Source: Acidimicrobiia bacterium
GTDB taxonomy: Bacteria; Actinomycetota; Acidimicrobiia; Acidimicrobiales; Bin134
Length of the DNA: 64,000 nt
Reading direction: 5' to 3'
Assembly: GCA_009842675.1 (NCBI GenBank)
Contig: VYEX01000062.1
Location: 15,218-79,217 of the forward strand
Positions 26,552 through 37,199 of this stretch are shown one piece after another. The first letter of the stretch is position 1. Every line of letters begins with the position of its first letter. A program made the translations under genes and the position numbers. The notes under the pieces were generated by a model that was given only the letters and a program-made list of their open reading frames with translations, searched no databases and was not told the DNA's origin.

Positions 26552-27320
26552 GGATCTTGGACTCCAAGGAGCGCGGGTGATTGTGACCGGGGGCAGTCGG
26601 GGAATCGGGGCAGCCGCGTCCAGGATTTTCGCCGCCGAGGGCGCCCGAGTGGCGGTGGTCGCCCGCACAACCGCCGATGTAGAAGCAATGGCCGACGAGA
26701 TTGCTGGCATTGCCGTGATCGCCGACCTGTCGACGGCCACCGGGGTTGCGATGGCCATGGATGAAGCTATGGCGCAGTTGGGCGGGGTTGACGTGCTGGT
26801 CAACAACGCCGGTTCCTCTACAGGAGGATCGATTTTTGACGCCGACGAGCAGGCTTGGCAGGAGACCATCGACCTCAAGCTGATGGGATATGTGCGGTCC
26901 ATGCGCGCCGTGTTGCCGGCAATGCAACAGCAGGGCTCGGGCACGGTGGTGAACGTGCTCGGAGTGGCGGGCACGGAGGCATCACCAGGCTATGTACTGG
27001 CGTGCATCGTGACCGCGTTGACCCACGTAAGCGTCTCGGTCGGGCAGTTGGTGGCGCCAGACGGTGTCCGGGTGGTGGCTGTGCACCCCGGGCCAACGGC
27101 CACCGACCGGCTGATGGAGATGGTCGCCAATGCCGCTGCCGCCCAGGAGATGAGTCCTCAGGAATTCGCCGACACGGTGCTCGGCAGCCGGATTCCCCAG
27201 GGCCGGGTTGGTCGGGCTGAAGAGGTGGCCCGCACCATTGTGTTCGTGGCCTCGGAGGCATCCGGATTCATCAACGCCAGCCAGCTATTCGTCGACGGTG
27301 GCTCGGCGGCAAAGATCTGA
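26550..27320 (+). CDS. SDR-family oxidoreductase
   Basis: MDLGLQGARVIVTGGSRGIGAAA..., NNAG. The start is placed where the canonical N-terminus begins. Confidence 0.8.
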   Translation: MDLGLQGARVIVTGGSRGIGAAASRIFAAEGARVAVVARTTADVEAMADEIAGIAVIADLSTATGVAMAMDEAMAQLGGVDVLVNNAGSSTGGSIFDADEQAWQETIDLKLMGYVRSMRAVLPAMQQQGSGTVVNVLGVAGTEASPGYVLACIVTALTHVSVSVGQLVAPDGVRVVAVHPGPTATDRLMEMVANAAAAQEMSPQEFADTVLGSRIPQGRVGRAEEVARTIVFVASEASGFINASQLFVDGGSAAKI

Positions 27321-27344
27321 CCAGGCGAGAACAGGAGTAGGACG

Positions 27345-28070
27345 ATGCCCCAGCATGTACCCGAGATTCAGTGGACCGAGGACGCCCTTGAACTGCGGCA
27401 GTTCGTCTTCGACTACTGGGCGGAGAACAAGCGAGCCCCCAATCTGGCCGCCATGCACGCGGGGACCGGCATCGAGCGGCGTCGCTTGCTGGAGGCGCTC
27501 AAGCTCCTACAACTGGGGATCGTGTTCGTGATTGACGAGACGTCGCCCAACTGCGACATCTTGAAGGCCCCGCCGTTCTCGGCGTTCCCCAGCCAGGTGG
27601 AGATGTACATCGACGGGGAGTTCCACAGCTATATCGGCTGCGCCCACGAGGGGATCGGGGTGTCGTGGACCCCGTACTTCCGGGACAAGGAGGTAGAGCT
27701 GCGGACCTACGACGCTCACACACTGGAACCCATCACCCTCGTCTGCAAGGACTTCAAGCTCTTATCCGCGGAGCCCTCTGAGCCATTGATCCTGAGTACG
27801 GAGGTGATCTGGGATTGGGTGAACACCGACATGAAGCACATGTGCGACCACACCAACTTCGTGTTGAACCGCGAGAACGGGGCCGCCTACGAGGCGTCCA
27901 TCGGCCGCCGGGGCATTTACTTCACCGTTGACCAGGTAGCTGAGTACATCGCGTTTGTGCTCAACATCCGCATCTACGACTACCACTGGCCCGCCATGAC
28001 CATGGATCCACCCATGATCATCGACCGGCTCCGGGAGCTGGAGGTAGATCTAAGCCCGTGGGGGATGTAG
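27345..28070 (+). CDS. hypothetical protein, possibly alkylmercury-lyase (MerB)-like fold
   Basis: An N-terminal wHTH-like segment is followed by IDGEFHSYIGCAHEGIG (compare MerB C96-x-x-D99) and HMCDHTNF (compare the MerB C159 region). The similarity is judged from memory of MerB only. Confidence 0.35.
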   Translation: MPQHVPEIQWTEDALELRQFVFDYWAENKRAPNLAAMHAGTGIERRRLLEALKLLQLGIVFVIDETSPNCDILKAPPFSAFPSQVEMYIDGEFHSYIGCAHEGIGVSWTPYFRDKEVELRTYDAHTLEPITLVCKDFKLLSAEPSEPLILSTEVIWDWVNTDMKHMCDHTNFVLNRENGAAYEASIGRRGIYFTVDQVAEYIAFVLNIRIYDYHWPAMTMDPPMIIDRLRELEVDLSPWGM

Positions 28071-28088
28071 CGCCCAAGGATCGGTCCC

Positions 28089-30269
28089 TCAACCGGCCGC
28101 CTTTTGGCGGCGGCGGTGGGCGGTGAGGATCGGCTCGGTGTAGCCGTTGGGCTGATCGCGGCCTTCCAGCACCAAGGCCAACGCGGCGCTGAACGGAATA
28201 CTGGTCGCCAAGTCACTGCTCATGTACTCGTAGGCAGGATCGTCGGCGTTCTGGCTGTCAACCACAGAGGCCATGCGCTTCATGGTCTCCACCACCTGCT
28301 CTTCCGACAGCAGCCCGTGGTGGAGCCAGTTGGCGATGTGCTGGGACGAGATCCGAAGGGTGGCCCGGTCTTCCATCAAAGCGACGTTGTCGATATCGGG
28401 GACTTTGGAACATCCCACTCCCTGGCCCACCCATCGGGTCACGTAACCCAGGATTCCTTGGGCGTTGTTGTCCAGATCCCGTTGGATCTCCGCGGGTGAG
28501 AGCTCGCGATCCGACGGCAAGACCGCGGGGGCGAGCATGGCTTGAACGGCCTCGGCACGGTCTGGCGGCGAGATTGCAATCTCTGTCTGTCGAGCGGCAA
28601 CGTCGGTTTCCAGATAGTGCAGTGCGTGCAAAGTGGCTGCGGTGGGGGAGGGGACCCACGCGGTGGTTGCTCCCGCTTGAGGATGGCCAATCTTCTCGTC
28701 CAGCATGGCCGCCATGTCGTCGGGCCGAGCCCACATTCCCTTGCCGATCTGGGCATGCCCCGGCAGACCCATAGCCAGCCCGACGGCCACATTGGCCTCC
28801 TCATAGGCGTTCAGCCATCCCGACGCCTTGATCTCCGCTTTGGGGACCATGGCGCCGGCCTCCATGTTGGTATGGATGTCATCGCCGGTTCGGTCCAGAA
28901 AGCCGGTGTTGATGAACACCACCCGCTCTGAGGCCTCGGCAATGCAGGCGGCCAAATTGAGAGACGTCCGGCGCTCCTCGTCCATGATCCCCATTTTCAG
29001 CGTGTTGGGAGACAGGCCCAAGATGCCCTCAACCTCAGTGAACAATTCACGAATCAGAGCCGTTTCGCGGGGACCGTGCAGCTTGGGCATCACGATGTAC
29101 ACCGACCCGGTTTGGCTGTTGCGATGAGAGTCAGTGCCGGTCAGATTGTGGAGGGCACCCCAAGCTGCCACCGCCACGTCGACGATGGTCTCGGGAATCG
29201 GCTGGCCATTTAGGCAAACCATGTCGGTTTCCATATGCAGGCCCACGCTGCGGATCAACATGACGCTGCGGCGACGCACCGAGATGGGACTTCCCAACCG
29301 GTCGATCACCGTCGAGTCGGCATTCAGGCTGCGGGTCATGGCCTGGCCGCCCTTGGTGAATGAGGCGATAAGAGTGCCCTGCATCAGGCCGAGCCAGTTG
29401 GCATAGGCCAGGGTCTTGTCCTCCGCGTCCACCGCGGCCACCGAGTCTTCAAGGTCCATTATGGCGGTCAGGGCCGATTCCATCATCACATCAGCCACCC
29501 CTGCGGGGTCATCTCGGCCGATGGCGTGGTCGCGGTCGATCACCAGCTCAATGTGGAGGCCGTGCTTGCGCAGCAGCACTGTTTCGGGAGCCGAAGTCAC
29601 ACCGGTATACCCGGCAAACTGCTCGGGAACGAGCAGCTCTGCGGAGGTGCCATCGGTAAGTTCAACCCGCAGCCCATTGGCAGTCACCGTGTAGGCCACC
29701 GCGTCGACATGGGAGCCGGAGGACAACGGGACATGGTCGTCCAGCAGAGCCCGAACCCGGGCGATCACCCGCTGGCCCCGAACCGGGTTGTATGGCCCAC
29801 TTCGACCGGCGCCCTCCGCCTCGTCGATTACGTCGGTGCCGTAGAAGGCGTCGTACAGGCTGCCCCAGCGAGCGTTGGCCGCGTTGAGGGCATAGCGGGC
29901 GTTGTCCAGCGGTACGACAAGCTGGGGCCCGGCCAGCGATGCGATTTCAGGGTCCACACCCGAAGTAGTCACCGGCACTGGTCCGGGATCTTCAACCAGG
30001 TACCCGATGGAGCGCAGGAAGTCAGTCGCCTCCTCGGGTTCCGAACCCCGGTCGAGGTGCCAGGAATCGATTCGAGCCTGGAGGTCGTCGCGCTCATCCA
30101 AGCTGGCTCGCACCCGCGGCATGAAGCGTTCGACGATCTGCTCCAAGGACGACCAGAAATCCCCGACCCCCACATTGGTGCCAGGTGCAAGCTGATTGCG
30201 GACGAAGTCGTCCAGTGGGCTGGCCACTTCGAGCATTCCATGGGTCTCGTAGGTCATGGGCACGGCCAC
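28089..30269 (-). CDS. glcB: malate synthase G
   Basis: About 725 aa with GlcB-like sequence throughout (N-terminal [13 protein letters not shown]..., central [20 protein letters not shown]-terminal PNGYTEPIL). The start could be 30257 (MTYE). Confidence 0.9.
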   Translation of the reverse strand: MAVPMTYETHGMLEVASPLDDFVRNQLAPGTNVGVGDFWSSLEQIVERFMPRVRASLDERDDLQARIDSWHLDRGSEPEEATDFLRSIGYLVEDPGPVPVTTSGVDPEIASLAGPQLVVPLDNARYALNAANARWGSLYDAFYGTDVIDEAEGAGRSGPYNPVRGQRVIARVRALLDDHVPLSSGSHVDAVAYTVTANGLRVELTDGTSAELLVPEQFAGYTGVTSAPETVLLRKHGLHIELVIDRDHAIGRDDPAGVADVMMESALTAIMDLEDSVAAVDAEDKTLAYANWLGLMQGTLIASFTKGGQAMTRSLNADSTVIDRLGSPISVRRRSVMLIRSVGLHMETDMVCLNGQPIPETIVDVAVAAWGALHNLTGTDSHRNSQTGSVYIVMPKLHGPRETALIRELFTEVEGILGLSPNTLKMGIMDEERRTSLNLAACIAEASERVVFINTGFLDRTGDDIHTNMEAGAMVPKAEIKASGWLNAYEEANVAVGLAMGLPGHAQIGKGMWARPDDMAAMLDEKIGHPQAGATTAWVPSPTAATLHALHYLETDVAARQTEIAISPPDRAEAVQAMLAPAVLPSDRELSPAEIQRDLDNNAQGILGYVTRWVGQGVGCSKVPDIDNVALMEDRATLRISSQHIANWLHHGLLSEEQVVETMKRMASVVDSQNADDPAYEYMSSDLATSIPFSAALALVLEGRDQPNGYTEPILTAHRRRQKAAG

Positions 30270-30398
30270 AGGGTAGAAGTTGCTTTGGCCGATTTCTCAA
30301 GCAAGGTCATGTTTCCTGGAAATAAAGGTGCAGTTAGGGCTAGCGCGGTTGCTATCGTCGCCGGACAACCACCCTCACCTGACCTGAGAGGTATCAAT

Positions 30399-32669
30399 AT
30401 GGCCGCCAACGTTGCCGGTTCATTCGATGCCGAGGTTCGATCCACCCAGTCGTGGATGGCCTCGCCCCGCTTCGAGGGGATTACCCGCCTGTACTCGGCC
30501 CGTCAAGTAGTGGAGCAACGCGGGGCCCTCAATCAGGATCACACCGTGGCTCGATTGGCCTCTGAGCGGTTCTATGCCCGCTTGCGGGAGCTGTTCGAAC
30601 AAGGACAGTGCATCTCCACTTTCGGCCCCTACTCGCCGGGTCAGGCCGTGGCCATGAAGCGAGCCGGGATCGAGGGTATCTACCTGGGCGGATGGGCCAC
30701 TTCCGCGAAGGGTTCTCTGCACGAGGATCCCGGTCCCGACTTGGCCAGCTACCCGCTGGGCATGGTTCCCGACGAGGCGGCAGGGTTGGTCCGAGCGCTG
30801 TTGACCGCCGATCGCAACCAGCGGTTCGCCCGGTCGCGGATGAGCATTGAAGAGCGCATGAGCGCCCCGGAGGTGGACTTCACTCCGTCGATAATCGCCG
30901 ATGCCGATACCGGCCACGGCGGTGACGCCCACGTTCGAAATCTGATCCGCCGATTCGTCGAGGCCGGAGTGCCCGGGTACCACATCGAGGACCAAAAGCC
31001 CGGGGTCAAGAAGTGCGGGCATCAAGGCGGCAAGGTGTTGGTGCCGTGCGACGAACAGATCAAGCGGCTCAATGCGGCCCGATTCCAGTTGGACGTAATG
31101 GGCGTTCCCGGCATCATCGTGGCCCGCACCGATGCCGAAGCTGCCAATTTGTTGGATGGTGGAACTGACGAGCGGGATCAGCCGTTCATCATGGGGGCTA
31201 CCCAGCAATCAGTCCCGTCGTACAAAGATGCCTATCTCGCGGTCCTGCGCCTGTTGGCCGAAGCCGGAGTAGAAGGGGTGAACGGTCATCTGCTGTATGC
31301 AGTGCCCGAGAACCGTTACAAGCGGGCCATTGCCTGGCTTGATCAGACCGGAGTCAACCAGATCATCGAGAAGGCTGCGGTCACGTACCACGCCTCCCCT
31401 GATCCCCGGGCCGACGACGCAGTCGACCGAGCCTCCGATGCGCTGGCCGAAGCGTGGCACCGGGCGTCGGGGCTGGCTACCTATGCCCAGGCCGTGGCCG
31501 ATCAGCTGTCGCTTCGGACATCGGAGGGGGAGAGTTTCGGAATGGAAGTGGGGGAGTGGCTCAGCTTCGCCCGCACAGTCGACACTGCCACCGCCCGAGG
31601 CCGGGCCGCGGAGATGGGTCTTGATGTGGCCTGGAACGCTGAGGTGGCCCGAACCACCGAGGGTTACTACCAGGTGCAGGGTGGCATCCCCTACGCCGTG
31701 GCCAAGTCCCTGGCTGTGGCCCCGTACTGCGACTTGCTTTGGATGGAAACCAAGACCGCCGACCTTGAGGACGCCAAGGAGTTCGCCGAGGCCGTCCATG
31801 CCGTGCATCCCGACAAGATGCTGGCCTACAACCTGTCGCCCTCCTTCAACTGGGACACCACCGGCATGACCGAGGACGAGATGCGCGAGTTTCCCGCCGA
31901 ACTGGGTCAACTCGGGTTCGTGTTCAACTTCATCACCTACGGCGGACACCAAATCGACGGCATGGCCGGCGAGGAGTTTGCCGCCTCCCTTCAACAAGAC
32001 GGCATGCTGGCTCTAGCGCGGCTTCAGAGGAAGTTCCGCCTGGTCGACTCCCCGTACAAGACACCCCAAACGTTGGTGGGTGGCCCCCGGCTCGATGCCG
32101 CTCTCATGGCCAGCTCCGGCCGCACTGCCACCACCCGGGCCATGGGAAAGGGATCGACCCAGTTCCAACACCTCGTACAGACCGAGGTACCCACCCGGGA
32201 GCTCGAAGGCTGGCTCGAGCGGTGGGCACTGCACAACAACGTCGATGCCGAACTGAAGGTGCAACTGCGCCCCTATACCGCGGGTTCCGAGATCCTCGAA
32301 CTTGTGGTTCGCAGCGGCGACAACGACCTGGCCAACGTGGTGTTCGGGGTGCTGCACGACCGGCGCCGTCGGGCCATCCTCTCGGTACGAGACCAGAACA
32401 CCCACAGTCCTGCGTTGCGCCGCAAACGGCTGATGACCCTGATGCACCTCTATCTGATCCGGCGCTACAACGCAGTATCGGTCCAGTATCTGACCCCCAC
32501 CGAGGATAACTTTCGACAGGCCGCGGGTATGCGAGGAATGGGGTTCTACTCCTCGGTATCCGACGAGGTGGGGCAGATCACCGTTGCCGATGTCGACGAA
32601 GAGGTGGTTGTCAACTTGGTTACCGACGACGACTCCCTCCAGCAGCTCATCACCGGACGGGAGACGTAG
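30399..32669 (+). CDS. aceA: isocitrate lyase, long (ICL2/AceAb-type, 756 aa)
   Basis: ICL signature [20 protein letters not shown], and a long C-terminal extension. The ATG at 30399 follows a 129-bp spacer. The upstream 291 codons of the track ORF are antisense to glcB. Confidence 0.9.
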   Translation: MAANVAGSFDAEVRSTQSWMASPRFEGITRLYSARQVVEQRGALNQDHTVARLASERFYARLRELFEQGQCISTFGPYSPGQAVAMKRAGIEGIYLGGWATSAKGSLHEDPGPDLASYPLGMVPDEAAGLVRALLTADRNQRFARSRMSIEERMSAPEVDFTPSIIADADTGHGGDAHVRNLIRRFVEAGVPGYHIEDQKPGVKKCGHQGGKVLVPCDEQIKRLNAARFQLDVMGVPGIIVARTDAEAANLLDGGTDERDQPFIMGATQQSVPSYKDAYLAVLRLLAEAGVEGVNGHLLYAVPENRYKRAIAWLDQTGVNQIIEKAAVTYHASPDPRADDAVDRASDALAEAWHRASGLATYAQAVADQLSLRTSEGESFGMEVGEWLSFARTVDTATARGRAAEMGLDVAWNAEVARTTEGYYQVQGGIPYAVAKSLAVAPYCDLLWMETKTADLEDAKEFAEAVHAVHPDKMLAYNLSPSFNWDTTGMTEDEMREFPAELGQLGFVFNFITYGGHQIDGMAGEEFAASLQQDGMLALARLQRKFRLVDSPYKTPQTLVGGPRLDAALMASSGRTATTRAMGKGSTQFQHLVQTEVPTRELEGWLERWALHNNVDAELKVQLRPYTAGSEILELVVRSGDNDLANVVFGVLHDRRRRAILSVRDQNTHSPALRRKRLMTLMHLYLIRRYNAVSVQYLTPTEDNFRQAAGMRGMGFYSSVSDEVGQITVADVDEEVVVNLVTDDDSLQQLITGRET

Positions 32670-32672
32670 CCC

Positions 32673-33899
32673 TTATTTCTTACCCGGTTGCTGGGGGGCG
32701 CGGGCCATTTCCGTTCGGAGCAGGACCGCGAGCAGCGCGGTGGTTGCTGCCACACCGGTTAGGAGCGTCAGCCCCGCAGTCGATCCGCCCACATCGGAGA
32801 GCACGCCGAAGAGAATCGGGCCTACCACCCCTCCAGCTTCCCCAGCAGTGAAGAACAATCCGCCTGCGGCGCCCATATTGCGGTGGGTGACGCCCGGCAA
32901 CTGCATCATGACCACCAGCGCCACCGGCACAGCCAGCCCTCTGATCGATCCCATGATGGCAAGTCCGATGAAAGCAGACGGCCTGCCTTCTAGGTTGAGC
33001 AGAATGGTTGTCACCCCGAACAAGGCAAATACCACCGCCATGGCTGCGATGCGGTGTTTCTCAGGAATGAATCGGGGCCCGACCAAGGCGCCTACGATGC
33101 TCATTGCGGTGACTGATCCGGCCAGATAACCCGCCACCGAACTGGAAAATCCCCGGTCTTCAATGATGGTGGGCAGCCACCCGTTGAGGGCATGGTTGAA
33201 GAAGAACATCCCCACTGCCATCGCCAGCATGGCCTGCACGGCGCGGTGGCCAAGGAGTTCCCAGGCGCCAGAGAAGCCAGGGGCAGAGTCGCTGTCGCGG
33301 TCAACACCGGGGGCGACTCGCTCGGCTGCGGCTGCGGCAACCAGCCAAATTGCGATGACTGCCACGCTGATGAGGGCATATACCAACAAGGTGGCTCGCC
33401 AGCTCTGGTCAAAGGCAGGCATGAGCACGCTATTGGCAGTGGCCAATGGAAGTACGCCGCCGATGGCCGGAGCGGTCATGGTGATTCCCATGGCCATTGC
33501 CCTCTCATCGTCGTCGAACCAGACGCTGACTAGCTTGGGGGCACCAATTGAGACCAGTGGGCCGCCGAGGCCGAAGAGGGCCACCGCGCCGAACATCGCA
33601 ATGAAGCTGTCGGCGACCGGGCGCAGCAGCGCGGAGGCCGAGATGATGACGGCAGCAATCCCCAATGAACGCCTCAACCCAAGCCGATCCACCAGCGCAC
33701 CCGAAGGGAGCGCGGCCACCAGGTACACCAGCGGCCAAGCTCCCAGAACAGCGCCCATGGCACCCCTGTTCATTCCGAGGTCCTCGCGGATGGTCTCTAC
33801 CAGTGGCGCCATGGAGAACACCGCCAATCCGAAGGAGAAGTACACCATCCACAGCGCGCCGAGCAGCACCCAGCGGAATCGATGGCGGTGATGAAGCAC
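32673..33899 (-). CDS. MFS transporter (12-TM type)
   Basis: 408-aa polytopic protein with a GALVDRLGLRRSL motif-A-like loop. Confidence 0.8.
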   Translation of the reverse strand: MLHHRHRFRWVLLGALWMVYFSFGLAVFSMAPLVETIREDLGMNRGAMGAVLGAWPLVYLVAALPSGALVDRLGLRRSLGIAAVIISASALLRPVADSFIAMFGAVALFGLGGPLVSIGAPKLVSVWFDDDERAMAMGITMTAPAIGGVLPLATANSVLMPAFDQSWRATLLVYALISVAVIAIWLVAAAAAERVAPGVDRDSDSAPGFSGAWELLGHRAVQAMLAMAVGMFFFNHALNGWLPTIIEDRGFSSSVAGYLAGSVTAMSIVGALVGPRFIPEKHRIAAMAVVFALFGVTTILLNLEGRPSAFIGLAIMGSIRGLAVPVALVVMMQLPGVTHRNMGAAGGLFFTAGEAGGVVGPILFGVLSDVGGSTAGLTLLTGVAATTALLAVLLRTEMARAPQQPGKK

Positions 33900-33946
33900 G
33901 CCGGGACCGTACCAACGCCGCGCCGCTTATCTGCCATGCTGGCCCA

Positions 33947-34660
33947 ATGGGTACAGCAGTGGTAACCGGCGCCGGGCAGGGGCTCGGACGGGCGATTTCG
34001 AAGCGGTTAGCGGCGGACGGCCATCACATTGTGGCGGTGGACCTGAACCCCGAGACCGCCGAAGCCACCGCGGAGAAGCTTGACGGGCAATGGCGGCAGT
34101 GCGATGTCTCCGATCCGGAATCGGTGGCCGCTCTAGCCGAATCGCTCACCCACGTGGACGTGCTGGTGAACAACGCCGGTATCTGGATCTTCGCCGGCAT
34201 GGACGAAATGACCCCTGAGGATGTGCGTCGAGTGCTGGAGGTTAACGTGATGGGCGTGTTTCATTGCACCCAGGCATTGGCCCCGCTGATGGGGCCAGGG
34301 GCGGCCATCGTGAACCTGTCGTCCAATGCCGCTTATTCCAATTCACCGGGGGTGGGCATCTACCCGGCGTCCAAGGCGGCGGTGGAGAGCTTCACCAAGC
34401 AGACCGCCCTTGAGTTGGCCCGCCGGGGCATCAGGGCCAATGCCGTCGGCCCGGGGATGATCCAAACCGAGGGCACCCAGGTCAACTACGAGGGCGAGCT
34501 AGGCCGGCGCAGGGCTAAGGCCGTGCCCTTAGGTCGAAACGGACAGCCCGACGACATCGCCGATGTGGTGGGATTCTTGGCCTCCCACGACGCCCGCTAT
34601 GTGACGGGCCAGGTGATTTACGTCGACGGCGGCCTCAGCGCCGGCCGAGGCGCCCTCTAG
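33947..34660 (+). CDS. SDR-family oxidoreductase
   Basis: MGTAVVTGAGQGLGRAI, NNAG, YPASKAAV. The upstream part of the track ORF is antisense to the MFS gene. Confidence 0.85.
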   Translation: MGTAVVTGAGQGLGRAISKRLAADGHHIVAVDLNPETAEATAEKLDGQWRQCDVSDPESVAALAESLTHVDVLVNNAGIWIFAGMDEMTPEDVRRVLEVNVMGVFHCTQALAPLMGPGAAIVNLSSNAAYSNSPGVGIYPASKAAVESFTKQTALELARRGIRANAVGPGMIQTEGTQVNYEGELGRRRAKAVPLGRNGQPDDIADVVGFLASHDARYVTGQVIYVDGGLSAGRGAL

Positions 34661-37161
34661 CCGCCGCCTGCGCTCACCAGGCTGGCCTCGTGGATCCGCC
34701 ACCGGTGGTAGTGGGCCCAGAGCACCAGCAGGGGAGGGAGCACGGTGAATGTGGCGATCAGGCCGAATAGGATCGCCACCGCGGCCAGGATGCCCAACTC
34801 TTGCATTGGCACGAGGGGTGAGAACAACAGCGCCAGCAGGCCGAGCGCGGTGGTGAGCGCACTGGCCAAGAGAGCCCCTCCAGTGGTGACCATCGCCCCC
34901 CTGATGGCGTCAACCACCCGGGCCGACTCCTGTAACTCTTCCAAGAAGCGATGCGTCAGGTGGATCGTGTAGTCAACGCCGATCCCGATGGTAAGCACCA
35001 CCATGAGCGCGGTACCCATGTTGTAGGAGATTCCGAACACCCACATGGCACCCAGCAGCCAAGAGAGGGTCACGGCAATGGGAATTATGGCGATCAAGCC
35101 GAGCAGCGGACGGGACTGGCTGATTGCGAAGTAGGCCACCAGGATGGCCAGAGCGGCGGCAATGACCAGCCCCACGCTGAGAACCTGGCTGTCAGCCAGT
35201 TCCTCGGTGATCAGCGCGATAAGGGCGTCGCCACCGGTGACGGTGATTTCGGAGGTGTCACCTCCCCAAAGCGTCTCCAATTCGGTGATCAGCTCTTGAA
35301 GAGCCTCGTTGCTCTCCACGGCAACCGGTATCTGGATGATGGTGCGGTCGAGTTCCCCAGAGCGGAGGTCGAGCACTTCGGCGAAGCCTTCTGGGTCCGC
35401 ACTTCTCAGCAGGTTCCACGCCTGCCGGGCCTCCTCGTCGGTGGCAGTGATGCTGGTGTTGAGGTGGTCAAAAGCAGCCGCGACGGCGGGGTCATAGTTG
35501 ACTCCGCTCTGCCCGGTTGAGTCGGCGAGCAGCGTTCCGGCTGAGGCCAGGGGAGGTCCCACAATGCCATCGGGTCGCCGCAGCGGATCAACCAATGTCT
35601 CGTGCAAATCGGTGAGGTTTCGAACCGCCCGGGCGTTGTCGAGGTCGGTCTCGATGAGCACCGTCATCAGGGTGGCGCTGCCGTCGAAGTTCTCTTCCAG
35701 AAAGTCGAAACTCTGGAAGGTGTCGGAGTCATTGGGCAAGAAGTCCTTGACGGCGAAGCTGGTGCTGAGGTTGCTCGCGGCCACGACGGACAGAACTGTG
35801 AGGGCTAAAGCAACGATGATGACCGGCAAAGGCCGGCGGGCAACGCCGGTGGCAACCCGGGGTAGGAGGGCTCCTGCCCCAGGAATCGTGTCGGCCAGTG
35901 GACGGGTTGTCGGCGCCTTTCCCTTTGCCGCGAGCCGGCGGTCCAGCATCAACCGGGCGGATGGCACGAAGTTGGTCATCACGATCCAGCCCGAGATGAC
36001 GCCAATGCTGGCGATAATGCCAAAGTCGGCAATGGGCTCGAACCGGCTGCTCAAGTTGGCCAGCAAGCTGATGGCGGTTGTGCCGGCTGCCAGCAAGACC
36101 GGCACGCCGCATAGCCGCACCGAGCGGGCAATAGCCCGTCCGGAGGCGTCGCCGCCCTCACCGGTATCTTCGGCATGGTCTGCGTTACCGCCCCCCTCGT
36201 TGCCTTCACGCAGAGCCTCGCGGTAGCGACCGACGATCTGAAGGGCATAGTCCACCGACAGGCTGATGAGCAGGACAGGGACGAGCGTCAGGAGGATGTT
36301 GTCGGGGTCGACGATGCCGACACCACCGGGGGAGAGCCAGGACAGGGCGCCGAACGTCCAGAGAATCGTCATACCGAGGCCCAGCATGGTGATGTGGACG
36401 TCAGACTGGGTCCGGTAGAACAGGGCCAGCAGTACCACGATCACCGCGAGCGCGATCACGGTGAGGATCAGCAGGTTCTCTTCTCGGGCATCCTTGCCCT
36501 CGGCATCGCTCTTGGCCAGCGTGATGATGGTGACGTCAAGGGATGCCGTATCGAATGAATCGGCAATCTCATGGGCCCGCAATTGAGCCGCCTCTTGGCC
36601 GAGAGCGTCGCCGACATCGTCGAGAATGACCAGCGAGAGTCCGGCAATGGGAGCGCCGTCGCCGCCGCGGGCCACAAAGCGGCCGAGTAAGTCGTTCAAT
36701 TCAGCGCGTTCGGGGTCCTGCGCCAACTCGGCCAGGCCGAGAGAAACTTGGGCATCAGTAAGCGTTTCCAGACGGAGACCCACATCGGCTGCCGCCAGTT
36801 CTATGAGCTGGACGTATCCATAGAGGGGGTCATCGACCAGGAACGGCGCAATCTCCGGATCACTGATGATGGCGGTTTGCAGGCCATTGACGGTCCGAAG
36901 GGAATCAGCGGTTAGGACGTCGCCTTTGGCCAGTATCTGGACCACCCGCAAGTCGGCCGCGGCTGGAAAACTCTCCCTGATGGCGTCGGTGGCTTCGGCG
37001 AGGTCGCTGTCGGCCGGCAGGAAGATCCCGGTGGAGTCGATTGGCCCCTGAGGCCGGTCCCGAACCAGGAAGCCGGCCAAAAGGGCCAACGTCAACGCCC
37101 CCAATACCAGAAGGACGAGTTGTGGCGATCTCTGGATTGTGCGGGCCTGCCAGCGGAACAT
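34657..37161 (-). CDS. MMPL/RND-superfamily membrane transporter
   Basis: 834 aa. Two soluble-domain-plus-6-TM halves. GIGVDYTIHLTHRFLEE and SVDYALQIVGRYRE motifs typical of the MMPL family. Confidence 0.8.
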   Translation of the reverse strand: MFRWQARTIQRSPQLVLLVLGALTLALLAGFLVRDRPQGPIDSTGIFLPADSDLAEATDAIRESFPAAADLRVVQILAKGDVLTADSLRTVNGLQTAIISDPEIAPFLVDDPLYGYVQLIELAAADVGLRLETLTDAQVSLGLAELAQDPERAELNDLLGRFVARGGDGAPIAGLSLVILDDVGDALGQEAAQLRAHEIADSFDTASLDVTIITLAKSDAEGKDAREENLLILTVIALAVIVVLLALFYRTQSDVHITMLGLGMTILWTFGALSWLSPGGVGIVDPDNILLTLVPVLLISLSVDYALQIVGRYREALREGNEGGGNADHAEDTGEGGDASGRAIARSVRLCGVPVLLAAGTTAISLLANLSSRFEPIADFGIIASIGVISGWIVMTNFVPSARLMLDRRLAAKGKAPTTRPLADTIPGAGALLPRVATGVARRPLPVIIVALALTVLSVVAASNLSTSFAVKDFLPNDSDTFQSFDFLEENFDGSATLMTVLIETDLDNARAVRNLTDLHETLVDPLRRPDGIVGPPLASAGTLLADSTGQSGVNYDPAVAAAFDHLNTSITATDEEARQAWNLLRSADPEGFAEVLDLRSGELDRTIIQIPVAVESNEALQELITELETLWGGDTSEITVTGGDALIALITEELADSQVLSVGLVIAAALAILVAYFAISQSRPLLGLIAIIPIAVTLSWLLGAMWVFGISYNMGTALMVVLTIGIGVDYTIHLTHRFLEELQESARVVDAIRGAMVTTGGALLASALTTALGLLALLFSPLVPMQELGILAAVAILFGLIATFTVLPPLLVLWAHYHRWRIHEASLVSAGGG

Positions 37162-37199
37162 GCCTTGGCCTCAGAGGGTTGCCTGCCGGTTAGAGAGGC

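Noticed and set aside
26552-26974. A 141-codon N-terminal extension of the sulfotransferase ORF.
   Set aside because: It is antisense to the SDR gene (26550-27320), its composition is Ala/Ser/Thr/Pro-rich, and the sulfotransferase homology begins downstream.
29526-30398. The 1047-aa track ORF extends the isocitrate lyase frame 291 codons upstream.
   Set aside because: That stretch is antisense to the well-supported malate synthase G gene and shows no ICL similarity. The recognisable ICL N-terminus begins at the ATG at 30399. Long stop-free antisense frames are expected in high-GC DNA.
30270-30398. A RamB-like operator (agaagttgctttggcc) in the glcB-aceA spacer.
   Set aside because: It bears only a loose resemblance to the corynebacterial and mycobacterial AAAACTTTGCAAA motif, and there is only a single copy. 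Evidence is insufficient without a motif scan.
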